Origin: an uncultured Chloroflexia bacterium
Lineage (GTDB): Bacteria > Chloroflexota > Anaerolineae > Anaerolineales > UBA11858
Direction of reading: 5' to 3'
NCBI GenBank assembly: GCA_963827805.1
Contig: CAWHCC010000002.1
Location: 338,261 to 402,260 of the forward strand
DNA length: 64,000 bases
Of the stretch, positions 19,972 to 31,196 are shown piece by piece. The position numbers and the translations under genes were made by a program. Within the stretch, counting starts at the first letter, position 1, and each line of letters begins with the position of its first letter. The notes below the pieces were generated by a model that was not told where the DNA came from, searched no databases, and saw only the letters and a program-made list of their open reading frames with translations.

Positions 19972-22785
19972 CTATTTTCCATTACTCAGGGCTCGAATAA
20001 CTAAGCCAATTCCCCAACCCATTAACGAACCTAAAAAAGTTACCAGTAGTAGTCCCAAGCGGTAAGGTGGCTCAAATGCCCAATCTGATCCTGGCAGTTG
20101 GAGCATGGTATAGGTATATGCCAGAAGACCTCCAATTACGGTTGCTAATCCACAACGCACCCCCCAGCGTACCTGACCCATCATAGCGCCAGTGCGTAAT
20201 GCTGCCCAGCCGGTTATAAAACTGATCCCTAGGGCCATCATCCAACCGACTAGGCCAGAAATATCTGGATCAGCTTGAGATTCAGTGACAGGGGTGGGGG
20301 TTGGTTCTACAATCGTGGGTGTTGCTTCTTGAGTTGGTACTTCCGTTGGAGGTGTGGTTGCAGAGGGGGTGGGGGATGGGCTTTCTTCGGGTACATCTAT
20401 CGTTATAATCGCAGATTGAGCTCCCCCGGCACTTGCCCGAATTTCGATGAGCCCTGTTTGTCCAATCAAAAAAGTCGTTTTCGCAATCCCATTGATGGTG
20501 GCAGTGATTATTGTTGGTGTATCAATTCCATTCACGCTCAAGATAAAATCAACAGGAGTATTATCAGGAACCGGGTTGCCGTTGTAATCCAGTATCATCT
20601 CGGTTCGGACGGGAAGTGAATCTCCCTGGCGAAATTCTGGGCCTGGTGGAATGCTGGGAGCAGCGGTTTCATCTGGAAAACCTAATCCTGGCAAGTCAAT
20701 TGCTAACAAAATTTCTTGATTTGGATCAGGTGAGGTTGCCGAAATTAAATCATATCCCATTCCTGGGATAGAGACTGGTGAAGCTCCATCAGGGGCGGGA
20801 ATCTCTTTGAAAAGCAATCGGGCGGCCACATCAAAAAATGCAGGAATTTTGCTGTAAAGACCGTAATATGCAGTGAGTTTTGAGATCTCAGTTGCATCAA
20901 GGTAATAGGGGGCGTTAGCAGCGAACGCGATCACTTTTTTGTCGCGAGCCATATCGGGGCGTTCAGAGAGGAATCTGCGCAAAGCGTAGGATTCTGAACG
21001 GTCTGGATCTACATCTAATGTTATAAAAATGATCCATTGTGCCCTTCGCAGATCTGTATCTACTGCGCTTGAAACTGCTTGCCCATCTAACATTTGTTCC
21101 AACTCATAAAATGAATGGGAAGATATATTTCCAGAAAAGATAACTCCACCAACTTCTTGCCCATACAGACTGAGAATGGCCTCAGATAGTGCCTCAACCG
21201 CAATCGAATTGTGGATTGGGCAATCGCCACATCGTTGATCTTCATACGAATCGGTAAAAATTGTAATCCGTTCACTAGGCGTTGGCGGCTCAGGAAATAC
21301 ATTTTCAAGTTCTTCAAAAGATGGATTGATAAGAGTTGCAGCTCTTTGGGCTACACCAAATGAAACCTGGCTGCTTATCGTTCCTGTTTCAACAAACTCT
21401 CCGGAAGCAAGGATCATTGTAAGCGTAAAGAATCCATAAAGTTTAAATTTAAGTGTTAAAGTTCGAAGCACTGACTGATCAACTTGCTCGGCAAAACCTG
21501 GGTCCTCCAGGTATTTCTGGGTAAAGAAATCTAAGGTGTCCTTAAGTGCATCATATCCACTAGTGCTTGTTTCTGCATCAGAATTTTCTGATGTTGCCCC
21601 TAAGAAGCCTCCCATATAAAGTAAATCGTTGCCAGCAAGAAATGCATCCAAAGCGGCTCGACGAGCAATAAAGCCTTCCCCAGTGGGATCATAGAAATTG
21701 CGGACTGCTTTACTGCCGATATCATCGCTGATCATCACTCCACCATTCGATCGCCAAGTATTTAGTGCTGGAATATCCAAAAGCAGTGAGAGGGCGCTCT
21801 GGTCAAAACTGACCGGCCGTGTCGTGGCGCGGATATTATTCGTCAAACCTTGATAACGAATATGAGATGTTAGCAGCGCATCCGTCTGTTCTTCGGGTGA
21901 ATTTGCATTGCCAGTTACTGCGAAGAAGGGGGCTAACTCAATTTGTTTGAGCTGTTCGAGGGATTTTCGTACGGTAGCAACTTCATTTTCCGGCAAACGG
22001 TCAGAGCTGCCCAAACCAGGAAAATGTTTGCTAACAACTGCCATACGTCCAGCACTGCCCTCATGGATACCGCTAATATAAGCCCGGCCCATTTCACCAA
22101 CCCAAAATGGATCACCGCCAAATGAGCGGATTCCTAAATCACCACTGCCTTCAGTTCTAGGAGTTTCATTTACATCGAGTGAAGGGCCGAGCAATAGATT
22201 GACACCTATTGCTGAGAGTTCCTCTCCGTTGACGGTGCCAACCTGCCTTGCAAACTCGGGGTTCCACGTAGCGCCAATGGCGAGTTGACTGGGGAGGGGG
22301 GGTAATTGATCAAGAATTTGATCTGTAGGAAAACCGTCCCCCTCCTGGGATAATCCAACAAATAATGGTATGAAAGCTGGGTCAAACGTCTCCCCAGAAG
22401 CTGGGTTTGTGCGTGTTTCTTGAGATGCTGAGTGCCTGATCGTTTGAATTTGGTTGATCAACGACCAAGTTTCTCCTACTTGGTCATCGGATTCTGGAAA
22501 ATTATTGTTTTCGTCGAGCAATATTACGCCGCCAATATAATTATTGTAAATGAGATCAAATACTTCTGTGTCTGGTCCAACTCTTGTTCCAGGGAAAGTA
22601 ACTACAAAAAGCTGTCCCACGCGTTCTTCCGGGGTCATCCGGTCTAACAATTCCTGGGCACGTAGTAAATCTCCGCTATCTTGTTCAGAAGTGGCAGCCA
22701 TCCCGGGAATAATCGGGATCATCGTAATCAGGAATAGGGCGGTCATTAACAGCCGAACCCAGTGGTCTCTTTTCATAAATTCCAA
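19972..22785 (-). CDS. Exported, membrane-anchored glycoside hydrolase family 3 protein
   Basis: Signal peptide; QEG, RSFG.DP, KHFPG, ISDD, AGNDLL; PT-rich linker; 3 C-terminal TMs. Confidence 0.88.
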   Translation of the reverse strand: MEFMKRDHWVRLLMTALFLITMIPIIPGMAATSEQDSGDLLRAQELLDRMTPEERVGQLFVVTFPGTRVGPDTEVFDLIYNNYIGGVILLDENNNFPESDDQVGETWSLINQIQTIRHSASQETRTNPASGETFDPAFIPLFVGLSQEGDGFPTDQILDQLPPLPSQLAIGATWNPEFARQVGTVNGEELSAIGVNLLLGPSLDVNETPRTEGSGDLGIRSFGGDPFWVGEMGRAYISGIHEGSAGRMAVVSKHFPGLGSSDRLPENEVATVRKSLEQLKQIELAPFFAVTGNANSPEEQTDALLTSHIRYQGLTNNIRATTRPVSFDQSALSLLLDIPALNTWRSNGGVMISDDIGSKAVRNFYDPTGEGFIARRAALDAFLAGNDLLYMGGFLGATSENSDAETSTSGYDALKDTLDFFTQKYLEDPGFAEQVDQSVLRTLTLKFKLYGFFTLTMILASGEFVETGTISSQVSFGVAQRAATLINPSFEELENVFPEPPTPSERITIFTDSYEDQRCGDCPIHNSIAVEALSEAILSLYGQEVGGVIFSGNISSHSFYELEQMLDGQAVSSAVDTDLRRAQWIIFITLDVDPDRSESYALRRFLSERPDMARDKKVIAFAANAPYYLDATEISKLTAYYGLYSKIPAFFDVAARLLFKEIPAPDGASPVSIPGMGYDLISATSPDPNQEILLAIDLPGLGFPDETAAPSIPPGPEFRQGDSLPVRTEMILDYNGNPVPDNTPVDFILSVNGIDTPTIITATINGIAKTTFLIGQTGLIEIRASAGGAQSAIITIDVPEESPSPTPSATTPPTEVPTQEATPTIVEPTPTPVTESQADPDISGLVGWMMALGISFITGWAALRTGAMMGQVRWGVRCGLATVIGGLLAYTYTMLQLPGSDWAFEPPYRLGLLLVTFLGSLMGWGIGLVIRALSNGK

Positions 22786-22933
22786 TATTTTCTTTTGCGG
22801 TGTGTAATTGATGAAAAACTGGGGTCACCGCACCGCAAAGCATGCACGAAGGCCGGATCAAGGTTTTTACCATTTTCCAGAATTCGCTCACGACAGAATG
22901 CTAATAGATATTATTTTCCCTTGTTTTAGATTC

Positions 22934-23755
22934 CTAAGATTTTTGTTCTTGAATTAAAATTTCGTATAGTTTTTCTCGACGGGAAGCTCCACTAAGCAGC
23001 TCTAACCTACGGATCCCTAATGGGTCGATTTCTTTCCGCAGAAGGGTGAGCTCTTCTAAAGTTGGTGGAGGTGTTTCGTGAAGGTCAGGGGCAATTTCCA
23101 ACTCAAAACCAGTTCTTTTATGTATGCGCTTTATATCCACACCCGAATGATATGTAATCAATCGCATGCGGCCATTTGCAAAATCAAATTGACCCAAATC
23201 AGAAATCAGATATAAGGGGCCGGTCCCGCGGCTTCGAGATGGATGATATCCTAATCCGGAGAGGAAGTCTAATTTTGGTACAAAGGTGACTCTTGAATGT
23301 CTGGGTACGTACAGGTGCATGTCCTCAATATAGGTAGTTACATCCGGAATACCGCCGGTACCCGGCAGCCGCAGTCGTGGACGAGTGTAATCATTACCGA
23401 AGGCAATATTATTGAAATTACCGTGCATGTCAATTTGCCCAGGTCTAAAAAATTCTTTTGGGCGCAGGTGAGGCAAAACATCCACGGCCGCGCTCACGAA
23501 ACCAATATTTGTCAGCGATCGGTCGAGCCACAAACTCTCCACCTTAGAAATGTTCATCGGTGCGGGTGTCCGGCAAATACCTTGCCCAATCGCGGATGTG
23601 AAATACAAGTTAGGTGCATGAGTTTGCTTGGCCAACAAGTAGGCTGTGGTTACCAACGGCGTGGCCAACCCTTGTGTCACAACTTCACCATCATGGATTC
23701 GACGTGCCATGCAAACAACCATGATTTCATCAGATGTAAATTCTAAAATTGTCAT
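22934..23755 (-). CDS. Family I CoA-transferase beta-subunit-like protein (GctB/IpdB-like)
   Basis: LAKQTHAPNL, GQIDMHGNFN, RLPGTGG, ISDLG. Confidence 0.85.
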   Translation of the reverse strand: MTILEFTSDEIMVVCMARRIHDGEVVTQGLATPLVTTAYLLAKQTHAPNLYFTSAIGQGICRTPAPMNISKVESLWLDRSLTNIGFVSAAVDVLPHLRPKEFFRPGQIDMHGNFNNIAFGNDYTRPRLRLPGTGGIPDVTTYIEDMHLYVPRHSRVTFVPKLDFLSGLGYHPSRSRGTGPLYLISDLGQFDFANGRMRLITYHSGVDIKRIHKRTGFELEIAPDLHETPPPTLEELTLLRKEIDPLGIRRLELLSGASRREKLYEILIQEQKS

Positions 23756-23848
23756 TCGTTCACGTTTCGCTATTTACAACCATGCTGATTTACTGGTGTT
23801 TTGGGGATGAGGATTGGTAGCTGAATTTTCGATTCCGTTCTCACGGGA

Positions 23849-24607
23849 TCATGAATTTACCTGATCGCGTATGTGTAATGCGAGAGGAGGATCATCAGTT
23901 ATTACTCCATCTATACCCATTTTGAATAAAGCGCGTATATCATCTGGCTCATTTACTGTCCAAGTATAAATATGGTTTCGCTTGTTGTGTTGACGGTTCA
24001 CCAGTGCTGAGGTTGTGTTTTTGAGATTAGGGTGGAGAGCTTCGAAAGGCACTATCCAATGCCCTAAGAATGAGCGAGCCCAAGCGCCAGAAAATCCCGG
24101 AAGTGCTAATAATCCGATCGGGGCTTTTGGGAGGAGCCGACGGGCCCTTCGGAGCGCCAGAGGATTAAACGAAGAGAACCAAACTCTATCCTCCATACCG
24201 TATTTTTTGACGAGATCCACAACTTTATTTGGGAGAGCATCCCGAATAGAACCATAGTTGGTCAATTCAATATTGATGAATATTCTTTTTCCTACAGTCT
24301 CGAAAACTTCTCCCAAAGTTGGGATAGATTCGCCGGTGAAATCAGTACTAAACCAACTGCCAGCATCCAGTTCTTTAAGGGCTGCCAAGGGAAGTTCGAG
24401 TACTTTTCCAGTTCCATTCGAAGTGCGATCAACAGTTTGATCGTGAATTACTACAATCTCTCCATCCGCACTGAGTTTAACATCTAACTCGATCGCATCT
24501 GATTTTTGAGATACTGCCAATTCAAAAGCAGCAATTGTGTTTTCGGGAGTAAGCAAGCTCGATCCCCGATGTGCAATTATGCTGGGCTGTGGTAATTGCA
24601 GGTACAT
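23849..24607 (-). CDS. Glycerophosphodiester phosphodiesterase
   Basis: IAHRG, PENT, ELDV, IHD..VDRT, WTVN, GVITD. Confidence 0.95.
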   Translation of the reverse strand: MYLQLPQPSIIAHRGSSLLTPENTIAAFELAVSQKSDAIELDVKLSADGEIVVIHDQTVDRTSNGTGKVLELPLAALKELDAGSWFSTDFTGESIPTLGEVFETVGKRIFINIELTNYGSIRDALPNKVVDLVKKYGMEDRVWFSSFNPLALRRARRLLPKAPIGLLALPGFSGAWARSFLGHWIVPFEALHPNLKNTTSALVNRQHNKRNHIYTWTVNEPDDIRALFKMGIDGVITDDPPLALHIRDQVNS

Positions 24608-24615
24608 AGTTATCC

Positions 24616-25969
24616 TTAAATTTCAACAAAGTATGCTTCTGCGGCACGTTTGATTAAATCGTTCGTCATACTGGGTTCTAGTGACATAAAATTAGCAATA
24701 TCGATGATTTGGTCACAAATATCTCGAGGGTGGGAAGCGCGGTAATTTGCGGCCGCGCTTGACATACCATTCTTGGAGTAAATACCCTAAACCCTGGTCA
24801 TCGTATTTTACACCTTTGCCTTGGGCAACTCTTTTGAAAATTTCTCGGTATTCTTCATAAGTGGGATCACCAATTTCTATTTTATGGCGAAGACGTCGTA
24901 AAAAGGCCTCATCTACCAAATCTTTTGGCGGGAGATTTGTTGAGAAAACCACTAAAACATTGAAGGGGATTTCCACCTTACGGCCTGTGTGCAAAGTCAA
25001 ATAATCGATACGGTTTTCGAGAGGCACAATCCACCGATTTAACAAATCTCTTGGGCGCACCATTTGACGTCCAAAGTCATCGATCAATAGAATACCGCCA
25101 TTAGCCTTCACCTGGAAAGGAGCCTCGTAAAATTTGTTCACATCATCGAAAACCAGATCCAAACCGTGGAGAGTTAACTCACCCCCAGTTACGATGAATG
25201 GCCGGCGAATTCGGACCCAGCGTGGGTCAGGTCGTTTGCCGGATCTTAATGACCCGGAGGCCGTCAAAGCTGGTTCTTTCTCAGGGGCTTTTTTATGGTT
25301 AACGCTATCATATAGCTTAACCACCTGCCCATCGATATAAATCGCATAAGGGATGTACATGCTTGTGCTCAAAATCATCTTGCCAACGGCTCGGGCAACG
25401 CTGGTTTTCCCATTTCCTGGTGGGCCATAAATAAAAATTGATGTCCCAGAATTTACGGCTGGTCCGATCCGATGAAAGGTTGTTTCCGAGAGTACAAGCT
25501 CTGAAAGTGCTTGTCGCAGTAACCGTGATGTTATCGCCATGCGTCCCTGGTTCTGCCTTCGTATGGCTTTATTGTAAGCTTCAATCGGAACAGGTGCCTG
25601 CCCAGCATATTGGCTGCGTTCCAGAGCTTCCCGTGCGCGGGCGATACCCGCTCCAGTGATGGCATATTGGTAAGCTCCTTCACCTAATCCCATCTGGGAT
25701 GAACGCACTTCTACAAATTTTTCACGCTTAAGCGCATCGAGAATTTGATCGGTAATTCCTGTAAAAGGCAGCGCCATAGCCTCGGCAATTTTGAACCCAC
25801 CCATATAACCTTGAAAATATAGAATTTTCAGAGCTAAATCTTGTAACCAGAGCTGTGAGAGACCAGTATCTTCGATTTTTTGAATTGATGAAGGTACGAA
25901 CGTTCCTCGTTGTCCACTATCCCCCCCAGATTTATTGGATGGATTGGTCACCTTTTGCATGATACCCAT
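24616..25969 (-). CDS. Uncharacterised AAA+ ATPase; frameshift near 24745
   Basis: GPPGNGKT, GGELT, KANGGILLIDDFGRQ, DEAFLRR; true C-terminus ...HPRDICDQI...AAEAYFVEI lies in another frame. Confidence 0.85.
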
Positions 25970-26215
25970 TGCTCGCTCCTCGATTAAGAGTATGAAAATT
26001 CAGATGTGTTACGCACATTGGCGAAGTTTTGCGGGTGTAGAGGAGTGAATTCACCACACTCGCTTATCCACCATTCAACAGCGTTAGTTGGAAATTTTTT
26101 ATTTCTGACTGTTCGGATTATAGCATGGGCTGAAGAACTCAGAATACTTACAGAATTGACAATTTATATCTGCTGTTCAGCGATTCTAAAATCAGGTTTG
26201 TGGCTAAATTCTGAA

Positions 26216-27914
26216 TTATTGTGTTTCCCGGATATCCTGCACATTGAGTTGTAAATTTTTCCGCCCATTAAATTCATTTCAATTCGAAGCGGTAGAGCAG
26301 GTCGATCCGTTGTGGCATGTAATTTGCCCAATCTCCCAATCGAAAAGCAATGGCATCAAAGGTGATTTGCCCATCACTGACTGAAAGCTTCAAGGTGGGA
26401 GCCGTCTTTCCCAACAGTGCGGTAGCGAGTAGGTTTTAGATTCCGGCTAATAAAAGATGCTTGGTGGTTGCCATATCCGGTCGGTTGCATCCATTCAAGG
26501 TGCTCTAATAATGTTGGGCTAAGATCCGAAAGCGGGATTTCAAGGTCTGCGGATATGGTTGGTCTGAGATCAATTTCGGAGAGTTTTTTCTTCGCGAGAA
26601 ATTTCAGCCGTTCTGAGAGTTCAAAAAGATTCTCATTATGCACCGTAAAACCAGCTGCCGCAGCATGTCCACCATGCCGTTCTAGTAAATCTGCACATTG
26701 ATCAAGTGCATCGGTGATATGAAATTCAGCGATGCTTCGGCAGGATGCCCGCGTGTATTCATCCCCAATATGACCAACAACTGAAGGGCGGTAATATTTT
26801 TCTGTCAGGCGGGATGCAGCTAACCCGACGACACCCGCATTGAAATCAGGGTGCACAGCAAATAGCAGCATAGAATCTGGATCCGCTGAAAGGGCTAAAT
26901 CTTCGGCCTGCCCTTGGATCGCGCGTGTAATTTTTTGCCGTTCACGATTTTGAATTTCGAGCTGTTGAGCGAGTTGCCCAGCTTCGAAAATATCATGGGT
27001 GATCAGCAGGTTGAGGGCTGCTTCGGCTTCGTCAAGCCTTCCGGCTGCATTCAAACGTGGACCGAGGCCAAAGCCAATATCCGAAGCACTCATCCGCTTG
27101 GGGGTCAGGCCAGCTACACCCATTAATGATAATAAACCCTGTCTTTGTGGCTGCCGCATTTGTTGTAGGCCGCGCCGGACAAGGAATCGATTTTCGCCCA
27201 CCAACGGAGCCAAATCAGCTACTGTTCCCAAGGCTACCAAATCCAAATAATTTTCCGCGGGCGACTTTGTGTTTTCAAGCTGCTGATCAAGTGCTGATGC
27301 TAATTTGTAAGCTATTCCGACACCAGCCAATTCTTTTTCTGGGTACGAATCTTCAGGTTGTTTCGGATCAATCACCGCCAGCGCATTAGGGATTTTATCT
27401 CCCGGGTGGTGATGATCTGTAATAATGATGTCCATCCCTAAATTCTTGGCGTGCTCTACTTCTTCAAGGGATCGGATTCCACAGTCAACTGTGATTACCA
27501 AATCTGTTCCTTCATCCTTAAGAGTGGATAAAGCCTCATTATTCAAACCATAACCCTCATCAAAACGGTTTGGGATATAGCCGAAAACGTTAGCACCCAG
27601 GTTAGATAAATACAAATATAGCAAGGCTGTTGAAGTGACTCCATCGACATCATAATCGCCATAAATAGCAATTCGTTCACCCATTCGGAGTGCTTGTTCA
27701 ATCCTTTTTGAGGCAGCAGCAATTCCAAATAGGCAAAAAGGATTGGTGTTTTCTGGGGTTGGGCTTCGAGGTACTTTCGAGCTTCATCATGAGTGGCAAA
27801 GCCTCGATTGTAGAGGATTTGCCGCAAGATGGGCGGATAACCGTGTAATTCTTGCTCTGCTTCCGGAGAGATACGAGGAGCTATTTGCCAGTTTTTGGTT
27901 GTTTTTGTTGTCAT
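26216..27914 (-). CDS. recJ: ssDNA exonuclease RecJ; several frameshifts
   Basis: GDYDVDG, EGYG, VDCG, TDHH, RLNAAGR, GGHAAAAG; C-terminus ...LQLNVQDIRETQ. Confidence 0.95.
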
Positions 27915-27923
27915 ATGATTTGT

Positions 27924-28868
27924 TTATGCTGTAGATTCTCGTGCCAGTGCGAGTGCTCCCATCAAGCCGACATCATCTCCTAGTTCGGCAATCGCAATCG
28001 TGAAGTCATCCAAATAGTTTGGGATCATGATGTGAGTTTTGAGGGCCTTTTGAAGTGTTTCTGAAAAGAGATTGTAACTTTGCGAAACACCGCCTCCAAG
28101 TACAAGAAGGGTTGGATTAAAAATATGTAGGAAGCCAGCGATGGCTTGCCCTAGAAACTTGCCTGCACGGTTGAAGGCTTGGAGCGCCAAAGCGTCACCT
28201 TGTTTTGCTGCCTCGGCGATTAAGCTACCAGAAATCAGTTCGTCGGTATTTGGCAGAGGGATACAGGATTCAGCCCCTTTGGCGATTTGTTCCGCCACCC
28301 ATTTCGAGATAGCAGTGCCAGAAGCTAAGGCTTCCAAATGTCCGCGCACACCACATCCACAGAGTGGACCGTCTGGGAGGAGCATCGTATGCCCAAGTTC
28401 GGTGGCAAATCCTCTGGATCCAGAAAATAGTTGGTTGTTGATAATTACCCCGCTCCCAATTCCTGTGCTGATCGTCAGATAAACTAAATCTTTATGGTCA
28501 CGTCCCGCCCCAAATTTCCATTCGCCGAGGGCGGCTAAATTGGCGTCATTCCCCAAAAAAATCGGCACATTAAATTCTTCACGAAGATAATCCACAATTG
28601 GTAACCCAGTTAATTCTGGAATATTCGGGGCTTTCTCCAACACCCCTGTGGCGCTATTTACTGGTCCTGGAACGGCAATGCCAATTGCTGCAATGCTATC
28701 ATCATCGGGCCATACAGATGCAATTAATTTTTTCAACCGATCTTGGGGCTGCGAATTTTTTTTACGGGTTTTTATTCGATTTATAATTGTGGGGGTGAGG
28801 TTATTGGCTGTGTAGGTAGCAGCCCGCATCCGGGTTCCACCAATGTCAATTGCGATATGCGTGGTCAT
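27924..28868 (-). CDS. ROK family sugar kinase (glucokinase-like)
   Basis: DIGGT, NDAN.AA..E, TGIGSG, ELGH, CGCG...LE. Confidence 0.94.
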   Translation of the reverse strand: MTTHIAIDIGGTRMRAATYTANNLTPTIINRIKTRKKNSQPQDRLKKLIASVWPDDDSIAAIGIAVPGPVNSATGVLEKAPNIPELTGLPIVDYLREEFNVPIFLGNDANLAALGEWKFGAGRDHKDLVYLTISTGIGSGVIINNQLFSGSRGFATELGHTMLLPDGPLCGCGVRGHLEALASGTAISKWVAEQIAKGAESCIPLPNTDELISGSLIAEAAKQGDALALQAFNRAGKFLGQAIAGFLHIFNPTLLVLGGGVSQSYNLFSETLQKALKTHIMIPNYLDDFTIAIAELGDDVGLMGALALARESTA

Positions 28869-28874
28869 GCGGCA

Positions 28875-28883
28875 AGTATAGCA
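28875..28883 (-). promoter_or_regulatory. Extended -10 promoter for a probable leaderless ROK transcript
   Basis: TGCTATACT on the minus strand, 6 nt before ATG 28868, no SD. Confidence 0.6.
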
Positions 28884-28971
28884 CAGGGTAGTTTTCTATG
28901 ATAAAGAATTTGGTTTCGTGGCTCGGTTGACGCCCCTGTTAAAGCCTGCTATCATCGCCTCGAATACAGCT

Positions 28972-30309
28972 ATGAAAAAAGAAACGAAAATAATCAAACT
29001 TAAGGAAGGGATTTCTCAAACTTTGCGCTGGTTTACTCCAGGTTTAGGGGTAAAGCGTTGGTTGTTTTTTATTTTCGTTGGAACAACGCTGTTGGGAATT
29101 GGTTTTGGTGTTTTTGTCTTAGATATTTACCGTTCGACACCCTCAGACGCGAGCATTTGGTGGTTATCGTTTTTGTCTACAATTTCGTTGCGAGCGTTGG
29201 CAAGACCATTACGGGTGGCTATTTTTGCAGGTATTGGTGTTGGCTTCTTACTCAGCGGGATTTATGGGTTAAATCGCGTACTTCTATCTCCGTACGTAAA
29301 GCCTGGAAAAAAAGTAGTTGATACGCTTGCCGGACATCGTCGGCGTGAACGAGGTCCGCACATTGTGGCAATTGGGGGTGGGCATGGTCTCTCGATGTTA
29401 TTACGTGGTCTCAAGCCCTATTCTCATAATCTAACAGCTGTGGTTACTGTCGCCGATGACGGGGGTTCATCTGGACGCTTACGGCGTTCCATGGGAATCC
29501 TCCCGCCTGGTGATATTCGCAATTGTTTGGCAGCTCTTTCAAATGATGAGGCTTTGATGGCTCAACTTTTCCAGTACCGTTTTGCCACAGATGGAGCAGA
29601 ATTAGATGGCCATTCCTTTGGAAATCTATTTATAAGTGCCCTTACTGATTTAACCGGAAGTTTCGAAGAAGCAGTTGCTGAATCAGGTCGGGTTTTGGCT
29701 GTTCATGGCAGGGTCCTACCAGCCTCGCTCAGAGATGTTCGCTTGGTCGCGGATGTAATCCCAACAAACACCACCCAAGAGATCAGGGTGCGGGGCGAGA
29801 GCCGAATCTCAGAAATCAAAGGTAGAATTCGTTGGGTGGGGTTAGAGCCAGATGATCCTCCTGCCTTCCCTTCAGTCATTAAGGCAATTCTCTCTGCTGA
29901 TATGATCGTAATTGGACCGGGCAGTCTTTATACGAGTATATTGCCAAATCTCTTAGTGCCGGATATCGCGGCCGCAATTCAAGCCAGCCAAGCACTGAGA
30001 ATTTTTGTTTGTAATGTTGCCACACAACCAGGAGAAACTGATTCTTATTCTGTAAGTGATCATATCCAGGCGATAGAGGATCATATTGGTGGTAGCATTT
30101 TTGATATTTTGGTATGCAACCAGCTGTATGATGGCACCTTATTTTCAGGGATGGATTGGGTAAAATTAGATTCGGGATCGATTCCAGATTACCCGATTTA
30201 TCAAGCTGATTTGATTAGTGATGAAGAACCCTGGCATCATGATGAAGAAAAACTCGCCCATGTATTGTTGGAAATATATCAAGCTCGAACGGGTCCGCTA
30301 GTGGAATAA
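28972..30309 (+). CDS. yvcK: YvcK/GlmR (CofD-like) family protein with N-terminal TMs
   Basis: GGGHGLS, ADDGGSSG, PPGDIRN, GHSFGN, GPGSLYTS. Confidence 0.94.
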   Translation: MKKETKIIKLKEGISQTLRWFTPGLGVKRWLFFIFVGTTLLGIGFGVFVLDIYRSTPSDASIWWLSFLSTISLRALARPLRVAIFAGIGVGFLLSGIYGLNRVLLSPYVKPGKKVVDTLAGHRRRERGPHIVAIGGGHGLSMLLRGLKPYSHNLTAVVTVADDGGSSGRLRRSMGILPPGDIRNCLAALSNDEALMAQLFQYRFATDGAELDGHSFGNLFISALTDLTGSFEEAVAESGRVLAVHGRVLPASLRDVRLVADVIPTNTTQEIRVRGESRISEIKGRIRWVGLEPDDPPAFPSVIKAILSADMIVIGPGSLYTSILPNLLVPDIAAAIQASQALRIFVCNVATQPGETDSYSVSDHIQAIEDHIGGSIFDILVCNQLYDGTLFSGMDWVKLDSGSIPDYPIYQADLISDEEPWHHDEEKLAHVLLEIYQARTGPLVE

Positions 30310-30371
30310 TTGAGACATCCCATATTGTTGATGACTTAAGACCGATAAATATAAAAAATTGAGGGTTTACT

Positions 30372-30791
30372 ATGACAGTAGTTCCGATATCCATTCAATT
30401 ATCTACACAGGGAGATGCCGATATCATTGACATCACCGATCAGGTGGGAGAAGCCATCTTCAAATCTGAACTGGAAAATGGGATCGTCACTATCTTTTGC
30501 CCCTCTGCTACCAGCAGTTTGACAACTATCGAATATGAATCAGGATGTGTAAACGATCTTCGTCGTCTGTTTGATGAGATTGTTGATCCCGTCAGGGATT
30601 ACGCCCATAATGCTCGCTGGCATGATGGCAACGGGCATTCCCATGTGAGGGCGGCTCTGCTTGGCGCTTCCCTGACAGTTCCGTTTATCCAAAAACGTCT
30701 GATGTTGGGAACTTGGCAACAAATTATTTATATCGATTTCGATAATCGTCCTCGGCAAAGGGAGTTGGTTGTGCAAGTGATGGGGGAATGA
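30372..30791 (+). CDS. yjbQ: YjbQ/UPF0047 family protein
   Basis: Y.H...DGNGHSH, LGTWQ, DFD..PR. Confidence 0.92.
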   Translation: MTVVPISIQLSTQGDADIIDITDQVGEAIFKSELENGIVTIFCPSATSSLTTIEYESGCVNDLRRLFDEIVDPVRDYAHNARWHDGNGHSHVRAALLGASLTVPFIQKRLMLGTWQQIIYIDFDNRPRQRELVVQVMGE

Positions 30792-31162
30792 TGGTTTGGG
30801 AAATTAAATACCTGAAAAATAAAAATCTGGTTGTGGTGAAAACTGTGGGCGACATTCCCTATATAGAACTTCCAGCGCAGTTTTCTGAAGCAGTTCGTTT
30901 GGCTCAAGAAAATGGTTCAAATCGTTACCTTTTTGATGATACCGAATTACATATTAATGTTTCAACGATTGATATTTATGAAATCCCCAAAATGATCCTC
31001 GCTACACAAATTACTCGCTCGAGTCGAATTGCGATTGTGGTTTCTCCCAGGGAAAAAAGAATTGACAATTATCTTTTTTTAGAAACAGTTTGTGTAAACC
31101 AGGGTTTGAATGTAAAAGTATTCTCTTCTCTCGATGAAGCGTATGGTTGGTTAGAAGTGTAA
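30788..31162 (+). CDS. Hypothetical STAS/SpoIIAA-like protein
   Basis: 124 aa; L.D...RIA.V...VFSSLDEAYGWL ending. Confidence 0.65.
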   Translation: MMVWEIKYLKNKNLVVVKTVGDIPYIELPAQFSEAVRLAQENGSNRYLFDDTELHINVSTIDIYEIPKMILATQITRSSRIAIVVSPREKRIDNYLFLETVCVNQGLNVKVFSSLDEAYGWLEV

Positions 31163-31196
31163 TAATTCTATTTCAGATCAAATACTCTCTTAAGCC

